A stretch of 64,000 nucleotides of DNA. Source: a virus (lineage: Duplodnaviria; Caudoviricetes). Position 1 is the stretch's first letter, and the number at the start of each line of letters is the position of its first letter. A program made the position numbers and the translations under genes. Positions 20,636-30,334 of this stretch are shown piece after piece. The notes under the pieces were generated by a model. That model did no database searches. It had not been told where the DNA came from and worked only from the letters and a program-made list of their open reading frames with translations. The DNA lies in IMG/VR virus record IMGVR_UViG_3300033073_001448, positions 1 through 64,000 of that record, one strand, 5' to 3'.

Positions 20636-20880
20636 TGATGGCACGACCCGTTCATTTACCTTACCGAGCCTCTAACCCGCGAAGCATTCGTGGTGCAAAA
20701 AAACGTGGGTGGACTGTGGTTCGTGTTCGGAACAACTATTCAGAAACTACATCCTGGATGGGGTTGAATATTTGGTGTGAACGCGGGGTTGGTGGCTATT
20801 GGCTGTCAAGTTTTCATTATCGTGAATTTGCATTTGAAAATGGTCGAGATGCTACAATGTTCAAATTGAAATGGGGCTGA
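20635..20880 (+). CDS. FxL(R/K)W family small protein
   Basis: NIWCE...FAFENGRDATMFKLKWG. Confidence 0.8.
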   Translation: MMARPVHLPYRASNPRSIRGAKKRGWTVVRVRNNYSETTSWMGLNIWCERGVGGYWLSSFHYREFAFENGRDATMFKLKWG

Positions 20881-20881
20881 A

Positions 20882-21106
20882 ATGTATCGTACCATTTTTG
20901 TCTCGGTGTTGATTGTGTTAACAGGATGTGCTAATCGCATCCCCCCTCCGCCCATGGCTGTACAAGCCATGCCCAACGATTGTGCTAATCGCACAGCCAT
21001 AATCAATTGGCTGAGCGATTTAGAACGAAAGCAAACCGATGAACGCTATCGTGGAGAAATCCGTGCTAAAATTTGGACTGTGCGCTATAACTGTCAGCCT
21101 GTTTAG
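20882..21106 (+). CDS. lipoprotein
   Basis: Lipobox LTGC. Confidence 0.75.
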   Translation: MYRTIFVSVLIVLTGCANRIPPPPMAVQAMPNDCANRTAIINWLSDLERKQTDERYRGEIRAKIWTVRYNCQPV

Positions 21107-21392
21107 TGGATGCGCCTCCACTGGCTCTGTGCCTGCTGGTCGTCCCACTATGCGTTATCAAGACTTGAACTATTTTCAAGTTGACTGTCGCAGAAAACAG
21201 CAACAGGTAGAAATGTTGCAGGCCATGAGACAAACACAGGACGACATGGCTTCTGCGGCACTGACCAATCTATTCAAGCCGTGGACTGCTGTGACAGACC
21301 CTCAGGGCTATTATGAACGTCAAAAATCCAGCGAAGGCGGAATCAATAAACAAATCAACTACAACCTATTTTTGTTGAGCTATTGTCCATGA
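21039..21392 (+). CDS. lipoprotein
   Basis: Lipobox FSGC. Confidence 0.7.
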   Translation: MNAIVEKSVLKFGLCAITVSLFSGCASTGSVPAGRPTMRYQDLNYFQVDCRRKQQQVEMLQAMRQTQDDMASAALTNLFKPWTAVTDPQGYYERQKSSEGGINKQINYNLFLLSYCP

Positions 21393-21946
21393 AACGATTG
21401 TTACTGTTACTGACTGTTCCGATGATTGTTCATGCAGAATGTGTATTGCATGATCGAACAGTATCTACGTCCACTGCTCGCATCGAAGAGCGCAGTGGGT
21501 TACGACAAAATATAGTTCGATTACCTTCGGGCGAAAGCCGATGCTTGGTTAACTTTCGGGCCAGAATTGGTTCGCAGTGGCACATGGCGGCAGGACACTA
21601 TGACTGGCCTGGCGATCGTCCAGCCGGCGAGGCCTGTGCAGTTGCCGCGGCTCGTGCTGATGATTTTGCCTTGAGTTCGGCCGCACCAAAAAATGTTCGC
21701 AGTGAAAAAGTCATGGTTTGTAACGATCAACCAGACAATCGTATATTAAAAGAAGCACGAATTGGCACGCAAGGAGAGCTTCACCAATTCAGACCACATC
21801 CGAAATACCCCGAACGTTTTTGGCACAATGGTGCTCAGTGTCGTTGGTTTTTAGATTCGGGCTGGAACGGACAAGATGTCCGAACTATGCAAGGAGTAAT
21901 TTGTGAACTGTCAAACCAGAAATGGGTGGTGGTTGACAAGTTTTAA
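21389..21946 (+). CDS. secreted Cys-containing protein
   Basis: Signal peptide MKRLLLLL...VHA. Confidence 0.7.
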   Translation: MKRLLLLLTVPMIVHAECVLHDRTVSTSTARIEERSGLRQNIVRLPSGESRCLVNFRARIGSQWHMAAGHYDWPGDRPAGEACAVAAARADDFALSSAAPKNVRSEKVMVCNDQPDNRILKEARIGTQGELHQFRPHPKYPERFWHNGAQCRWFLDSGWNGQDVRTMQGVICELSNQKWVVVDKF

Positions 21947-21961
21947 TTTGATGTGTATAAT
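21933..21961 (+). promoter_or_regulatory. sigma70 promoter
   Basis: TTGACA-17-TATAAT. Confidence 0.75.
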
Positions 21962-21994
21962 AAAACTATCTTAATTGCAACCTGAAAGGACAAT

Positions 21995-22801
21995 ATGTTC
22001 AAGTCATTATCAACTGTGGCTCTTGCGGCATCACTTGTTGCTTGTGCTAGCACTCAAAAGGCCGAAGTGGCACCTGCACCTGCACCTGCAATGGTCCCAC
22101 ACCCGTATGCCCTGCCAGCACAGCCGGCCCGAACAGTGGTGGCTGCCCCGGGTTGGTTTGTTAAAATGCCCGACAATACCGCAGACATGATCTTTGCTGT
22201 CGGAACTGCTACATCAACGGATGAACAAATGGCCTACGACAAAGCACGTATGGCTGCCGAACGCAAGTTGGTAGAGCAAATGTCCAGCCAAGTCCGTACT
22301 CAGACCAAGAGCTACAAAGTAGATACAGGCAATGCAGTTGCTGAACGTTTTGAGCAAACTGTACAAAAAACTGCCAATGGAGAATTGATTGGTGCTCAAC
22401 GTGTAGATGCTCAGGCAACATTTGACGGTCGTCAATACAAGGTCTATGTTTTGTTGCGATATCCTTTGGCAGAAAACAATGTTCTGCGTCGAGAGCGTGA
22501 ACAAGCCCGTGCTCAGCGCGAAACCGAACTGCGAGCCGCTCGAGCCCAGCAAGAACTTGATGCTACAATGACACAGCAACGTCAAGACCAAAAAGCCGAC
22601 GAGGCCCAGCAACGTCGCGATATTGGCCCTGTGCAACCGCAGAGTTCAGCACCGGCTACTATTCCCTATGCACCTACATCTGTGCCCACAGCAGACGGAG
22701 ACGTCAAACTGCTTCAAGTTGACAATGCAGAATATCAGCGTCGACGTGCAGAAGCTCTGGAAAAACCTGGTGCTGTGATTGGTAACACAACTGTTCGTTG
22801 A
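21995..22801 (+). CDS. LPP20-like lipoprotein
   Basis: Lipobox LVAC, PGWF, AVGTA, A.DKA...A...L. Confidence 0.75.
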   Translation: MFKSLSTVALAASLVACASTQKAEVAPAPAPAMVPHPYALPAQPARTVVAAPGWFVKMPDNTADMIFAVGTATSTDEQMAYDKARMAAERKLVEQMSSQVRTQTKSYKVDTGNAVAERFEQTVQKTANGELIGAQRVDAQATFDGRQYKVYVLLRYPLAENNVLRREREQARAQRETELRAARAQQELDATMTQQRQDQKADEAQQRRDIGPVQPQSSAPATIPYAPTSVPTADGDVKLLQVDNAEYQRRRAEALEKPGAVIGNTTVR

Positions 22802-22814
22802 CCAAAAACGGCGT

Positions 22815-22851
22815 ATAAATAAGTGCGGCCCTGTGCCGCACTTCTCTTTTT
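22815..22851 (+). promoter_or_regulatory. T4-like late promoter TATAAATA followed by a terminator-like hairpin
   Basis: TATAAATA then AAGTGCGGC-CCTGT-GCCGCACTT-CTCTTTTT. Confidence 0.65.
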
Positions 22852-22856
22852 CAACC

Positions 22857-23429
22857 ATGGCAGAAGAAACCAATACCAGTGATCTAAGTCACAGTCAAGC
22901 TCTTGCTGATGCAGGAATGTATGTTTTCATGGGCGATGTTGACCCCCAAAACATCAAACCCATCATTGAGTGGATTTTGCATGAAAATTATGTCACTAAG
23001 AAAAAACGAAAAGAACTGCTGTTGATGATTTGCAGTTCAGGCGGTGACATGGAAGCCGCTTTTGCACTGATAGATGTCATGCACAGTTCGGATATTTTTA
23101 TAAAGACTGTGGGGCTAGGGCAAATCGCTTCGGCAGGATTGATGATATTTTTAGCAGGGTCTCCGGGTCGAAGAGTGCTTACACCCAATACTTCAATCTT
23201 GAGTCATCAGTTTAGTTGGGGCTCAGATGGCAAAGCCCACGAACTGTTTGCCATACAAAAAGAATTCAGTCTCACACAAAAACGCATGTTAGAGCACTAC
23301 AAAACCACAACTGGTCTCAGCGCCGAAGAAATTCAAACTGCACTATTGCCACCACACGATGTTTGGTTATCGGCTGAAGAAGCATTGGCTTTGAATATCT
23401 GTGACGCTATCAGCGAAATCAAACGTTAA
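22857..23429 (+). CDS. ClpP-like protease (divergent paralog)
   Basis: ICSSGG, GQIASAG (Ser), LSHQ (His), HDVWLSAEEA (Asp). Confidence 0.88.
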   Translation: MAEETNTSDLSHSQALADAGMYVFMGDVDPQNIKPIIEWILHENYVTKKKRKELLLMICSSGGDMEAAFALIDVMHSSDIFIKTVGLGQIASAGLMIFLAGSPGRRVLTPNTSILSHQFSWGSDGKAHELFAIQKEFSLTQKRMLEHYKTTTGLSAEEIQTALLPPHDVWLSAEEALALNICDAISEIKR

Positions 23430-25018
23430 GCACGTCTGCGTTTTCGACCCAGAGTTTTTTCATCAAAGTCGGGTTCAGGTTCTCTAGCAGTTTTTGCACC
23501 GGGACCTCTGAGTTTTGCTCTGGCTTGAGTTACTGCATCTAAGTCAGACACATCAGTACGTGCCGGCTCACCGGCATCGCCTTGTAAATTGTCTACTCCG
23601 TCAATGTCATTGACATCGTCGGGACGGGCACCGTTCTTCAAGATCTTGAATGTAAAGTTTCCCTTACCTTGTGTACTCATGTAGGCTTTGGTAGCATCCA
23701 ATAGTACCCCTGTAACAGTTTGTGATGGATACACTGCTTCAAGTTTAGTAATGGTAATTGTATCTTTGCTGTCTGTAGTGTTAGTGTACATTTGTACCAA
23801 AGCCGCGTTGTTCAAAATACTAGAAGCGGCTTCTCCAAACTGTGTGTTTTCGTTGACATAATCTGCCACACGATAAGCAATGGCAGAAATCATGTGTTCG
23901 ATGGGAATAATTTTGCCCATGTCTCTAGCCTTACGACCGTCATACAATGCTTTGAGTCTTTGATTTAGTATGCTTGACACATCGTCATTGGGTCCTAAAT
24001 TTTTAAGTTGCATGACCAAAGCACCGTCGCCTTTGCCAATGATACCAAACTCTTCGGCCATAGCAATAGGCGCACCAAAATGTCCTAGCTTCTCAATGCT
24101 TTCTAGCATGGCAATTTCTTTGGCATAGGTTTGTTTGAGTTTCTTGCCAGCAGGTGCTGCCTCTAGTTCTTTCACAGACTTGATCAAGTTAGTTACACTG
24201 GCATTGGCGCCATCTTTGCCTTTGCTGGATAGTTTGATCTGTTTGCCTTCGGGATTGACCAACAAACTATCATACAAACCTCCAATGGTGTTGTTGTTAA
24301 AACTGATGGTACAATCTGAATAGTCTGACCCCGGGCCAAAGAAAATCTCTGCTGCCTCGGCTGCATTTCCCTTGACACTTTTGCCCATGACTAGAGCAAT
24401 AGGTTGCAATACTTCAGCAAAGTAATCACGGAACGCACCAGGATTCATGTTGCCTTTGGCAACTTCAACTGGAATATCTGACTCCATAAAAGTTCTCAGT
24501 GCCGCGGCCTCTGCACTATCCTCTCCAAACTTATCCACAGCCTGTTGTAAAATTGTTTCAGGTGTGTTGTTTTGGAACTGTGTGAGCCACTCGCTGGGCT
24601 TGAGCCCTGAGTTTTCTTTTTGTCCTACTTTGCTTTGAAATTTAAACCCGCCAGGAATGTCAGAATGAGCAAAGTTGTTTTGCACACGATTTGGGCTGAT
24701 CTCTTTGACCCATTTGCCAAGATAGTAAGGACTACCATCCTCACCAGTAAAAGACGCAATCATAAATGCACGAGTTGATGCATTTGGAGTGTTTAACCAA
24801 TGTACGTTTTTGCCTTGCTTATCTACTGCATCAACTTTAGCACCCACAAGTTCACTGGGATCTGCATAAGATCCGGATTCGGGATAAAATTCCAAACCTT
24901 GAAAGGTCACAATGTCGCCAACATGGTTTTTAAATTTTTCGCCTGGTTTGCGGTTAGCCAAACCCACGCCTTCGGTTAAAGGACGTATGCCATTGATAAT
25001 ATCGAGTAGATCACGCAT
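23426..25018 (-). CDS. large hypothetical protein, possibly virion-associated, nuclease-like motif
   Basis: MRDLLDII..LTEG leader; LYDS...IKLSSK resembles PD-(D/E)xK. Confidence 0.6.
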   Translation of the reverse strand: MRDLLDIINGIRPLTEGVGLANRKPGEKFKNHVGDIVTFQGLEFYPESGSYADPSELVGAKVDAVDKQGKNVHWLNTPNASTRAFMIASFTGEDGSPYYLGKWVKEISPNRVQNNFAHSDIPGGFKFQSKVGQKENSGLKPSEWLTQFQNNTPETILQQAVDKFGEDSAEAAALRTFMESDIPVEVAKGNMNPGAFRDYFAEVLQPIALVMGKSVKGNAAEAAEIFFGPGSDYSDCTISFNNNTIGGLYDSLLVNPEGKQIKLSSKGKDGANASVTNLIKSVKELEAAPAGKKLKQTYAKEIAMLESIEKLGHFGAPIAMAEEFGIIGKGDGALVMQLKNLGPNDDVSSILNQRLKALYDGRKARDMGKIIPIEHMISAIAYRVADYVNENTQFGEAASSILNNAALVQMYTNTTDSKDTITITKLEAVYPSQTVTGVLLDATKAYMSTQGKGNFTFKILKNGARPDDVNDIDGVDNLQGDAGEPARTDVSDLDAVTQARAKLRGPGAKTAREPEPDFDEKTLGRKRRRA

Positions 25019-25069
25019 TGATTTTTTCCAACTTAGATGTTATACTTATGCTTTCTATCAGGAGTATAC

Positions 25070-25693
25070 ATGCCAAATTTAGTGCCTATCGTTATTGAAC
25101 ACAGTAGCAAAGGCGAGCGTAGTTACGATATCTACAGTCGCTTGCTCAAAGATCGAGTGATCATGCTAGATGGTGAAGTTGGATCACACAATGCCAGTTT
25201 GATTGTAGCTCAATTGTTGTTTCTCGAAGCCGAAAATCCAGACAAAGACATCAATTTGTATATCAACTCGCCCGGGGGGTCTGTCACAGCAGGCCTGGCA
25301 ATCTATGATACCATGCAGTTTATCAAGTGCGATGTGTCTACCATTGTGATTGGGCAGGCTGCTAGCATGGGCAGTTTCTTAGCACAGGCCGGAGCCCGGG
25401 GCAAACGTTTTGTGCTTCCAGAATCACGTACAATGATCCATCGTGTTAGTTCTGGTACTCCAGGAACTCGTGGCTCAGTTCATGTACAAGAACTTGAGTT
25501 TGAAGACGCACGACGTCACTTTGAAGAATCAAAACGTTTAAATAAACGTCTAACTGAGTTGTATGTTAAACACAACACAGCGGGCAAGACTTACGAAGAA
25601 CTGTTTGAGACCATGAAGTTTGATACATTCTTGTCCGCACAAGAAGCAGTGGATGCTGGCTTTGCCGACAAGGTTGTTGAAAAACGTGCCTAA
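25070..25693 (+). CDS. clpP: ATP-dependent Clp protease proteolytic subunit
   Basis: [40 protein letters not shown]. Confidence 0.96.
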   Translation: MPNLVPIVIEHSSKGERSYDIYSRLLKDRVIMLDGEVGSHNASLIVAQLLFLEAENPDKDINLYINSPGGSVTAGLAIYDTMQFIKCDVSTIVIGQAASMGSFLAQAGARGKRFVLPESRTMIHRVSSGTPGTRGSVHVQELEFEDARRHFEESKRLNKRLTELYVKHNTAGKTYEELFETMKFDTFLSAQEAVDAGFADKVVEKRA

Positions 25694-26966
25694 CCAACAT
25701 ATATTTTGCAATACTCCGTGGTACGAACTACACATCTATTGGGATGGTAGTTTAGGTATCTGTTGTCAAGAGGATCATAAACTGTACTCTGGCAATGCCT
25801 ACAACATAGCCACCACAGGTATTGCAGAATGGTTTAATTCTGAACCAGTTAGAAATTTTCGACATCGCATACTAGGATCAAATCCTGTGAGTGAATGTGC
25901 TCGTTGCTATCGCGAAGAAACTGTTAACGGTGTGAGTCGTAGAATTCGTAGCAATCAAAAAAGTGCAATCTTTACTCAAGCATTTGATGCTAGTTTTGAG
26001 CAAAGCCCAGGACGGAAACACTTTGCAATATCTGGGCACACCAACACACAACCCATTGACATTCACATTGACCTAGGAAACTATTGCAATTTGGCTTGTA
26101 AGATGTGCAATGCACAAGCCAGTTCAACTATTGCAGTTCAAGAAGTCAAGTGGGGCATTGATTCGAGCAAACCTTATGTAGGATTAGATTGGACTCGCAA
26201 TCAGTTAGTATGGGACAGTTTCAAACAACAGTTACTGGATATTACTGGTCTCAACAATATCCACTTCATGGGCGGAGAGACGCTACTCACTGATCGATTC
26301 GAAGATCTAGTGGATTGGTTAATTGAGCATCGGCGATTTGAAGTTTGTTTGAGTTTTGTAACCAACGGCACAGTCTACAAGCCGGAATTAATGACTAAAT
26401 TGCAACGGTTTCGACGTGTGGGTATTGAAATCAGCATAGAGACTGTGGACCAACACAATGCCTATCAAAGACAAGGTACAGACACGTCTGTGGTATTGAC
26501 CAACATTGATCAATATTGCAAACTTGGTAATCCCATGGAAGTTTGTTTACGTCCAGCAGTGAGTGCATTGACCATTGGGTATCATGCTGGATTGATTGAA
26601 TATGCACTGGATAAAAAATTACCAATCAAAAGTTTGTTGGTCAACGAACCTAGATTTTTAGACGCTGAAATTTTGCCCCAGTTTGTGAAATTACAGTACC
26701 TGCAGACCTACGTGCCGCTGATTCACAAGCTGTCAACAGGCCACAGCAAAGATTACAATGCTATGGACCCAAATGAATTTCGGCGTAACTTGGCTCAGCA
26801 GGTTGAAATGTGTGTGAGTATTCTTTCAACGCCGCAGGCCCCGGACAGTGAAGCTCAACTTGCACTCATGGTTGATCACTGCCGCAAATGGGATCAAGTA
26901 TACAATTTAGATGCCCGACAATTGTATCCTGAATTAGATGACGTATGGGACCAGCATGCTTACTAA
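25686..26966 (+). CDS. radical SAM protein with N-terminal SPASM/twitch-like domain
   Basis: [27 protein letters not shown]. Confidence 0.88.
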   Translation: MPNQHIFCNTPWYELHIYWDGSLGICCQEDHKLYSGNAYNIATTGIAEWFNSEPVRNFRHRILGSNPVSECARCYREETVNGVSRRIRSNQKSAIFTQAFDASFEQSPGRKHFAISGHTNTQPIDIHIDLGNYCNLACKMCNAQASSTIAVQEVKWGIDSSKPYVGLDWTRNQLVWDSFKQQLLDITGLNNIHFMGGETLLTDRFEDLVDWLIEHRRFEVCLSFVTNGTVYKPELMTKLQRFRRVGIEISIETVDQHNAYQRQGTDTSVVLTNIDQYCKLGNPMEVCLRPAVSALTIGYHAGLIEYALDKKLPIKSLLVNEPRFLDAEILPQFVKLQYLQTYVPLIHKLSTGHSKDYNAMDPNEFRRNLAQQVEMCVSILSTPQAPDSEAQLALMVDHCRKWDQVYNLDARQLYPELDDVWDQHAY

Positions 26967-27384
26967 AGTGGCAGTTACTTTGATACCAAAATTTGATCAT
27001 GTACCGCCGCAGGTATTTGTATCAGTTCCGGGCAGAGTCATTCAACAAAGATTGCAAACTGCTGAACGTATTGAATTAGAATTTGATGCTCCAGTTGGAT
27101 GGCTAGAAATAACATTCATGAACAAGCCCGACAACGACTCAACTATGGCGGTGATAATTGAGTCAATAGATTTTTTTGGTATATCAGATCCGAAATTCGC
27201 TTGGCAAGGCGTTTACACTCCAAAATATCCAGAGCCGTGGTTTAGCCAACAGATCGATCGTCCGCTGGCTCAAATACCACAGCAAACATATTTGGGATGG
27301 AATGGTGTATGGCGATTGGATTTTTCCATGCCAGTTTTTTCATGGATGCACAAAATTATGAACCTAGGATGGCTCTATGATTAA
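26956..27384 (+). CDS. hypothetical protein
   Basis: Coupled to radical SAM gene; YLGWNGVW. Confidence 0.7.
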   Translation: MLTKVAVTLIPKFDHVPPQVFVSVPGRVIQQRLQTAERIELEFDAPVGWLEITFMNKPDNDSTMAVIIESIDFFGISDPKFAWQGVYTPKYPEPWFSQQIDRPLAQIPQQTYLGWNGVWRLDFSMPVFSWMHKIMNLGWLYD

Positions 27385-27485
27385 ATCCAGTGATTGAAAT
27401 TACGACCTTGGCTACGGCGATAAGCCTCCATGGTCTCTCCCCAGGCCACTAAAAAATCCCAAACTGCTATAAAAAATTCTTTCAT
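27381..27485 (-). CDS. small hypothetical protein (34 aa)
   Basis: MKEFFIAVWDFLVAWGE..., ATGA-coupled to upstream minus gene. Confidence 0.5.
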   Translation of the reverse strand: MKEFFIAVWDFLVAWGETMEAYRRSQGRNFNHWI

Positions 27486-27640
27486 AAGAAACCCTTTTGT
27501 TGTTGGTTGTATTGGCGTTCCAAATATTCTACATCCCCAACTGATTGGGGATAATGACTGGAGATGTAACGTTCTAAACGAGACTGGTAGTCCTGTTTTG
27601 GAAACATCTCAGCCAATCTTTTTAAGATTTCTGCTAACAT
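27482..27640 (-). CDS. small protein, DUF3563-like
   Basis: AAGGA SD; LERYISS..PQSVGDVEYLERQY. Confidence 0.6.
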   Translation of the reverse strand: MLAEILKRLAEMFPKQDYQSRLERYISSHYPQSVGDVEYLERQYNQQQKGFL

Positions 27641-27685
27641 ATCATTGTTTCCTTTCTCAGTATTTACCACTAATGGTTTCTACTA

Positions 27686-27785
27686 GTATTACAAAAGTAT
27701 TACTTTTTTCTGAATATTTTTGGTTGACCCAAAATGCTCATTTTGCTATAATATACACATAGACACACAAAAGGAGCCTCAAATG
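27686..27785 (+). promoter_or_regulatory. GTANTAC dyad + early promoter + RBS cassette
   Basis: GTATTAC-4-GTATTAC, TTGACC-17-TATAAT, AAGGAG. Confidence 0.85.
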
Positions 27786-28037
27786 CGTACACCCCGACTG
27801 ATCGCCGGTTTCAATAACAGCCAACGCATTCGCGTGATTGTGGATGGCGTGGGTTTTTACACCACAGTGGGCGGCACGTCAGACATCATGACCCGTAAGC
27901 ATCGCATGGCAGTTCAAATTGCCCTGATGAACATGCATGCCAACGGTGGCACCGGTTTTGCGTTCAATTATCAGTACTACGAAGGTACTACCAACAACAA
28001 CGCCTGTACAGTGCCTGTGCAAGTGGATCTGCTGTAA
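27783..28037 (+). CDS. early hypothetical protein
   Basis: Directly behind promoter cassette. Confidence 0.75.
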   Translation: MRTPRLIAGFNNSQRIRVIVDGVGFYTTVGGTSDIMTRKHRMAVQIALMNMHANGGTGFAFNYQYYEGTTNNNACTVPVQVDLL

Positions 28038-28121
28038 TACTTGAGTATTACATTTCGTGGTTGACCCAAAATGCCCGTTTTGCTATAATATAGACATACA
28101 GACACAAAGGAGCCCGAGATG
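28034..28121 (+). promoter_or_regulatory. GTANTAC dyad + early promoter + RBS cassette
   Basis: GTAATAC-TTGA-GTATTAC, TTGACC-17-TATAAT, AAGGAG; near copy of 27722-27785. Confidence 0.85.
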
Positions 28122-28304
28122 AGCACTACAATTGTTTGGCTGATGGTGATTGTTAACGCACACGGTAGCATTTGGAGCACCGGTCCTGAGTTCACTAGCC
28201 GAGAGAAGTGCGAAGTGGCCGCTAAGGTACTCTACAAGAGTGTTGACGAACTCCGTTGGGGCATGAACATCAAGACCCCCATTTGCGTTAAAATTGAGAA
28301 GTAA
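28119..28304 (+). CDS. early hypothetical protein
   Basis: AAGGAG SD. Confidence 0.7.
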   Translation: MSTTIVWLMVIVNAHGSIWSTGPEFTSREKCEVAAKVLYKSVDELRWGMNIKTPICVKIEK

Positions 28305-28314
28305 GGAGCCCAAA

Positions 28315-28569
28315 ATGGATTACACCGTTGAACTTTACAAGTTGGATCGCCGTCAAAAGAATGGCCGTGTACTGGTCAGCAAAACTGACTTCGAGGACAT
28401 TGACTTGGGCGACCTTGAAACTTTGGTGCCCCAGGGTCCGGGTTACATCCGTGAAATTCACGAAACCTATTTCACTCGTAAGAATGCTATGACTGGTGCA
28501 GAGTTCCAAGAGCGTTATGACACGCCTTACTTCTGCTCGCCTTCTTCTGAATCTTTCTGGAGCATGTAA
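28315..28569 (+). CDS. conserved phage hypothetical protein
   Basis: TAAGGAG SD; NAMTG..F.E..DTPYFCSPSSESFWSM. Confidence 0.75.
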   Translation: MDYTVELYKLDRRQKNGRVLVSKTDFEDIDLGDLETLVPQGPGYIREIHETYFTRKNAMTGAEFQERYDTPYFCSPSSESFWSM

Positions 28570-28658
28570 TGAACGTAGATGCTCTAATTAACTTTGGTAT
28601 TGTTTTTAGTCCTATTATAATCATGGCCTTGGCCTTGCTGATCAAAGGAGAATTGTGA
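28569..28658 (+). CDS. small membrane peptide (29 aa)
   Basis: TAATG/TGATG coupling, single TM. Confidence 0.5.
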   Translation: MNVDALINFGIVFSPIIIMALALLIKGEL

Positions 28659-28816
28659 TGCGACAAAAACTTTACACTGTGAGTTGGACCCAAGCCTATG
28701 ACACCTGGACAAAAAACGAATTACTGTCTGGTGCCGAAGAGATAGTAGAAATTGGTTTGCAATTCTCTGACTTTGCCGAAGCCCGCGAAGTTCTGGCCAG
28801 GATTATGTCACTATGA
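28658..28816 (+). CDS. hypothetical protein (52 aa)
   Basis: AAGGAG SD, coupled at both ends. Confidence 0.55.
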   Translation: MRQKLYTVSWTQAYDTWTKNELLSGAEEIVEIGLQFSDFAEAREVLARIMSL

Positions 28817-29169
28817 AATGGTTCGTTGAAACTACCCAGTGGAGCGATTCTACCGTCAACGGCATTTACCTGCTGGATGACTCCAAGAGCAAGATGTATG
28901 CGTATCGACCCAATGCCCGAGCACCAATCAAAACATTCAAAGCACCTATCAAAATTGATATTCGAGGACGAAAGTTTGCCGTCAATCCCACACAATACCG
29001 CACGACAGTCGAAGAAGAACAGCCCGAAGGTCGCGTATGGGAAGTTAAAGGAAGCAAGGGCGATGTCTACAAAGTTTCAGAAAGTGGTGGAAATTTCTCA
29101 TGCACATGCTCGGGGTTCAAGTTTCGGGGCAAATGTAAGCACGAAGAAAGTATTCGTCAAACGGTTTGA
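28813..29169 (+). CDS. SWIM zinc finger protein
   Basis: GSKG..Y.V...CTCSGFKFRGKCKH. Confidence 0.85.
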   Translation: MKWFVETTQWSDSTVNGIYLLDDSKSKMYAYRPNARAPIKTFKAPIKIDIRGRKFAVNPTQYRTTVEEEQPEGRVWEVKGSKGDVYKVSESGGNFSCTCSGFKFRGKCKHEESIRQTV

Positions 29170-29173
29170 CCGT

Positions 29174-29326
29174 GTGAGCATGGCGCAGTGGCAGGAAATG
29201 GCTGACTGGTGCTACAACAATCTCTACCATGGCGGTCACTATGAGCCTAACTGGCATCACGAGTGGCCCACTTTTTACTTCTGGGACGAACGGGAATATA
29301 CCTTGTTCTTGTTGAGGTGGTCATGA
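29174..29326 (+). CDS. FxL(R/K)W family small protein (start uncertain)
   Basis: MADWCY...FYFWDEREYTLFLLRWS. Confidence 0.7.
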   Translation: MSMAQWQEMADWCYNNLYHGGHYEPNWHHEWPTFYFWDEREYTLFLLRWS

Positions 29327-29544
29327 AAGATACAAAAATAGACATAGATGTTAACCTAAGACGTGCCGCATTAATTTGGGCACGGGAAACCTTTGGTATG
29401 CCAAAACCCCAAGGAGTCGGTTTCTGTGACATGCGCTGGTATCACCGTAGTTTTGCCTCAGTCAACGAACGCAATAAAACCATTGCACGATTTTATTTCA
29501 AGAATCCAGCAGACGCTACATTGTTTGCGTTGAGGTGGTCATGA
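29323..29544 (+). CDS. FxL(R/K)W family small protein
   Basis: LIWARETFG...FYFKNPADATLFALRWS. Confidence 0.8.
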   Translation: MKDTKIDIDVNLRRAALIWARETFGMPKPQGVGFCDMRWYHRSFASVNERNKTIARFYFKNPADATLFALRWS

Positions 29545-29795
29545 GATTAGAATTCAATCAAGGTGTCTCACAAGAGTGTATAGATTGGTTGTGGGCTAAT
29601 GTTGGGCAGGGCAATGTTCAGCCAAAGATAACTGGACCGTTGCGGACATTTTCTCCTTGCGATAACGATGCTTGGTTCTACGAGCGTGTGTTCATACCAA
29701 ACCCAGGAACATTTCGTGGTGAAGGCCGTAATGTGCCTACTATTACGGTAAAGGATCCAAAGATGGCCGTGATGTTCGCACTGAGGTGGGCATGA
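29541..29795 (+). CDS. FxL(R/K)W family small protein
   Basis: IDWLWANVG...VKDPKMAVMFALRWA. Confidence 0.8.
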   Translation: MRLEFNQGVSQECIDWLWANVGQGNVQPKITGPLRTFSPCDNDAWFYERVFIPNPGTFRGEGRNVPTITVKDPKMAVMFALRWA

Positions 29796-30019
29796 AAAAC
29801 GAATTCAATCAATGGTATGTGGCAACTGTATCGCCGCCGCCATATCCTTCTGGGGTATATCATGGATGGACTCCTTGTATGGATTGGTGCAGAACTGCGT
29901 TTGGTGGCGATCCTGCCGCACCTATAACCGTTGGTGCTGGCTGGCGATATCTTTCCGAAGGGGTGTTTGAGTTTGAACGTGAGTTAGATAGAACTGCATT
30001 TTTACTGAGGTGGTCATGA
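29792..30019 (+). CDS. FxL(R/K)W family small protein
   Basis: MDWCRTAFG...FEFERELDRTAFLLRWS. Confidence 0.8.
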   Translation: MKNEFNQWYVATVSPPPYPSGVYHGWTPCMDWCRTAFGGDPAAPITVGAGWRYLSEGVFEFERELDRTAFLLRWS

Positions 30020-30309
30020 AATACCTAATTGCTTTCTTATTGTCAGTAAGCCTGCCGGCGTTGTCGGCTCCGCAACATAACATCACATTTGAAGCCAAAG
30101 AAAATCTTCCTGAAGTCAGTGTACGATGGGCAGTAGTCGATAACGTTGATGAAGTATGCCGATTTTATGGTGTCCAAACCCATCGCAACATTGCCGCTTG
30201 CTCAATCTATGATGGTAAAAAGTGTTTGATAATAACTGCTCGACGCCTGGATATGGCTGTGTTAGGACACGAACTAAGACATTGTTTTGAAGGTCGATGG
30301 CACAATTAA
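30016..30309 (+). CDS. secreted mini zincin-like protein
   Basis: Signal peptide; GHELRHC (HExxH). Confidence 0.7.
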   Translation: MKYLIAFLLSVSLPALSAPQHNITFEAKENLPEVSVRWAVVDNVDEVCRFYGVQTHRNIAACSIYDGKKCLIITARRLDMAVLGHELRHCFEGRWHN

Positions 30310-30331
30310 AAAAGCCCCTTTAGGGGCTTTT
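30310..30331. terminator. bidirectional intrinsic terminator
   Basis: AAAAGCCCCT-TT-AGGGGCTTTT. Confidence 0.85.
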
Positions 30332-30334
30332 ATT

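Noticed and set aside
27722-28121. CRISPR-like repeats
   Set aside because: The repeats are promoter/RBS cassettes separated by whole genes; no regular spacers and no cas genes.
28826-29173. Long N-terminal extension of the first array gene given in the ORF track
   Set aside because: It overlaps the SWIM gene entirely; only the 3-prime part matches the family.
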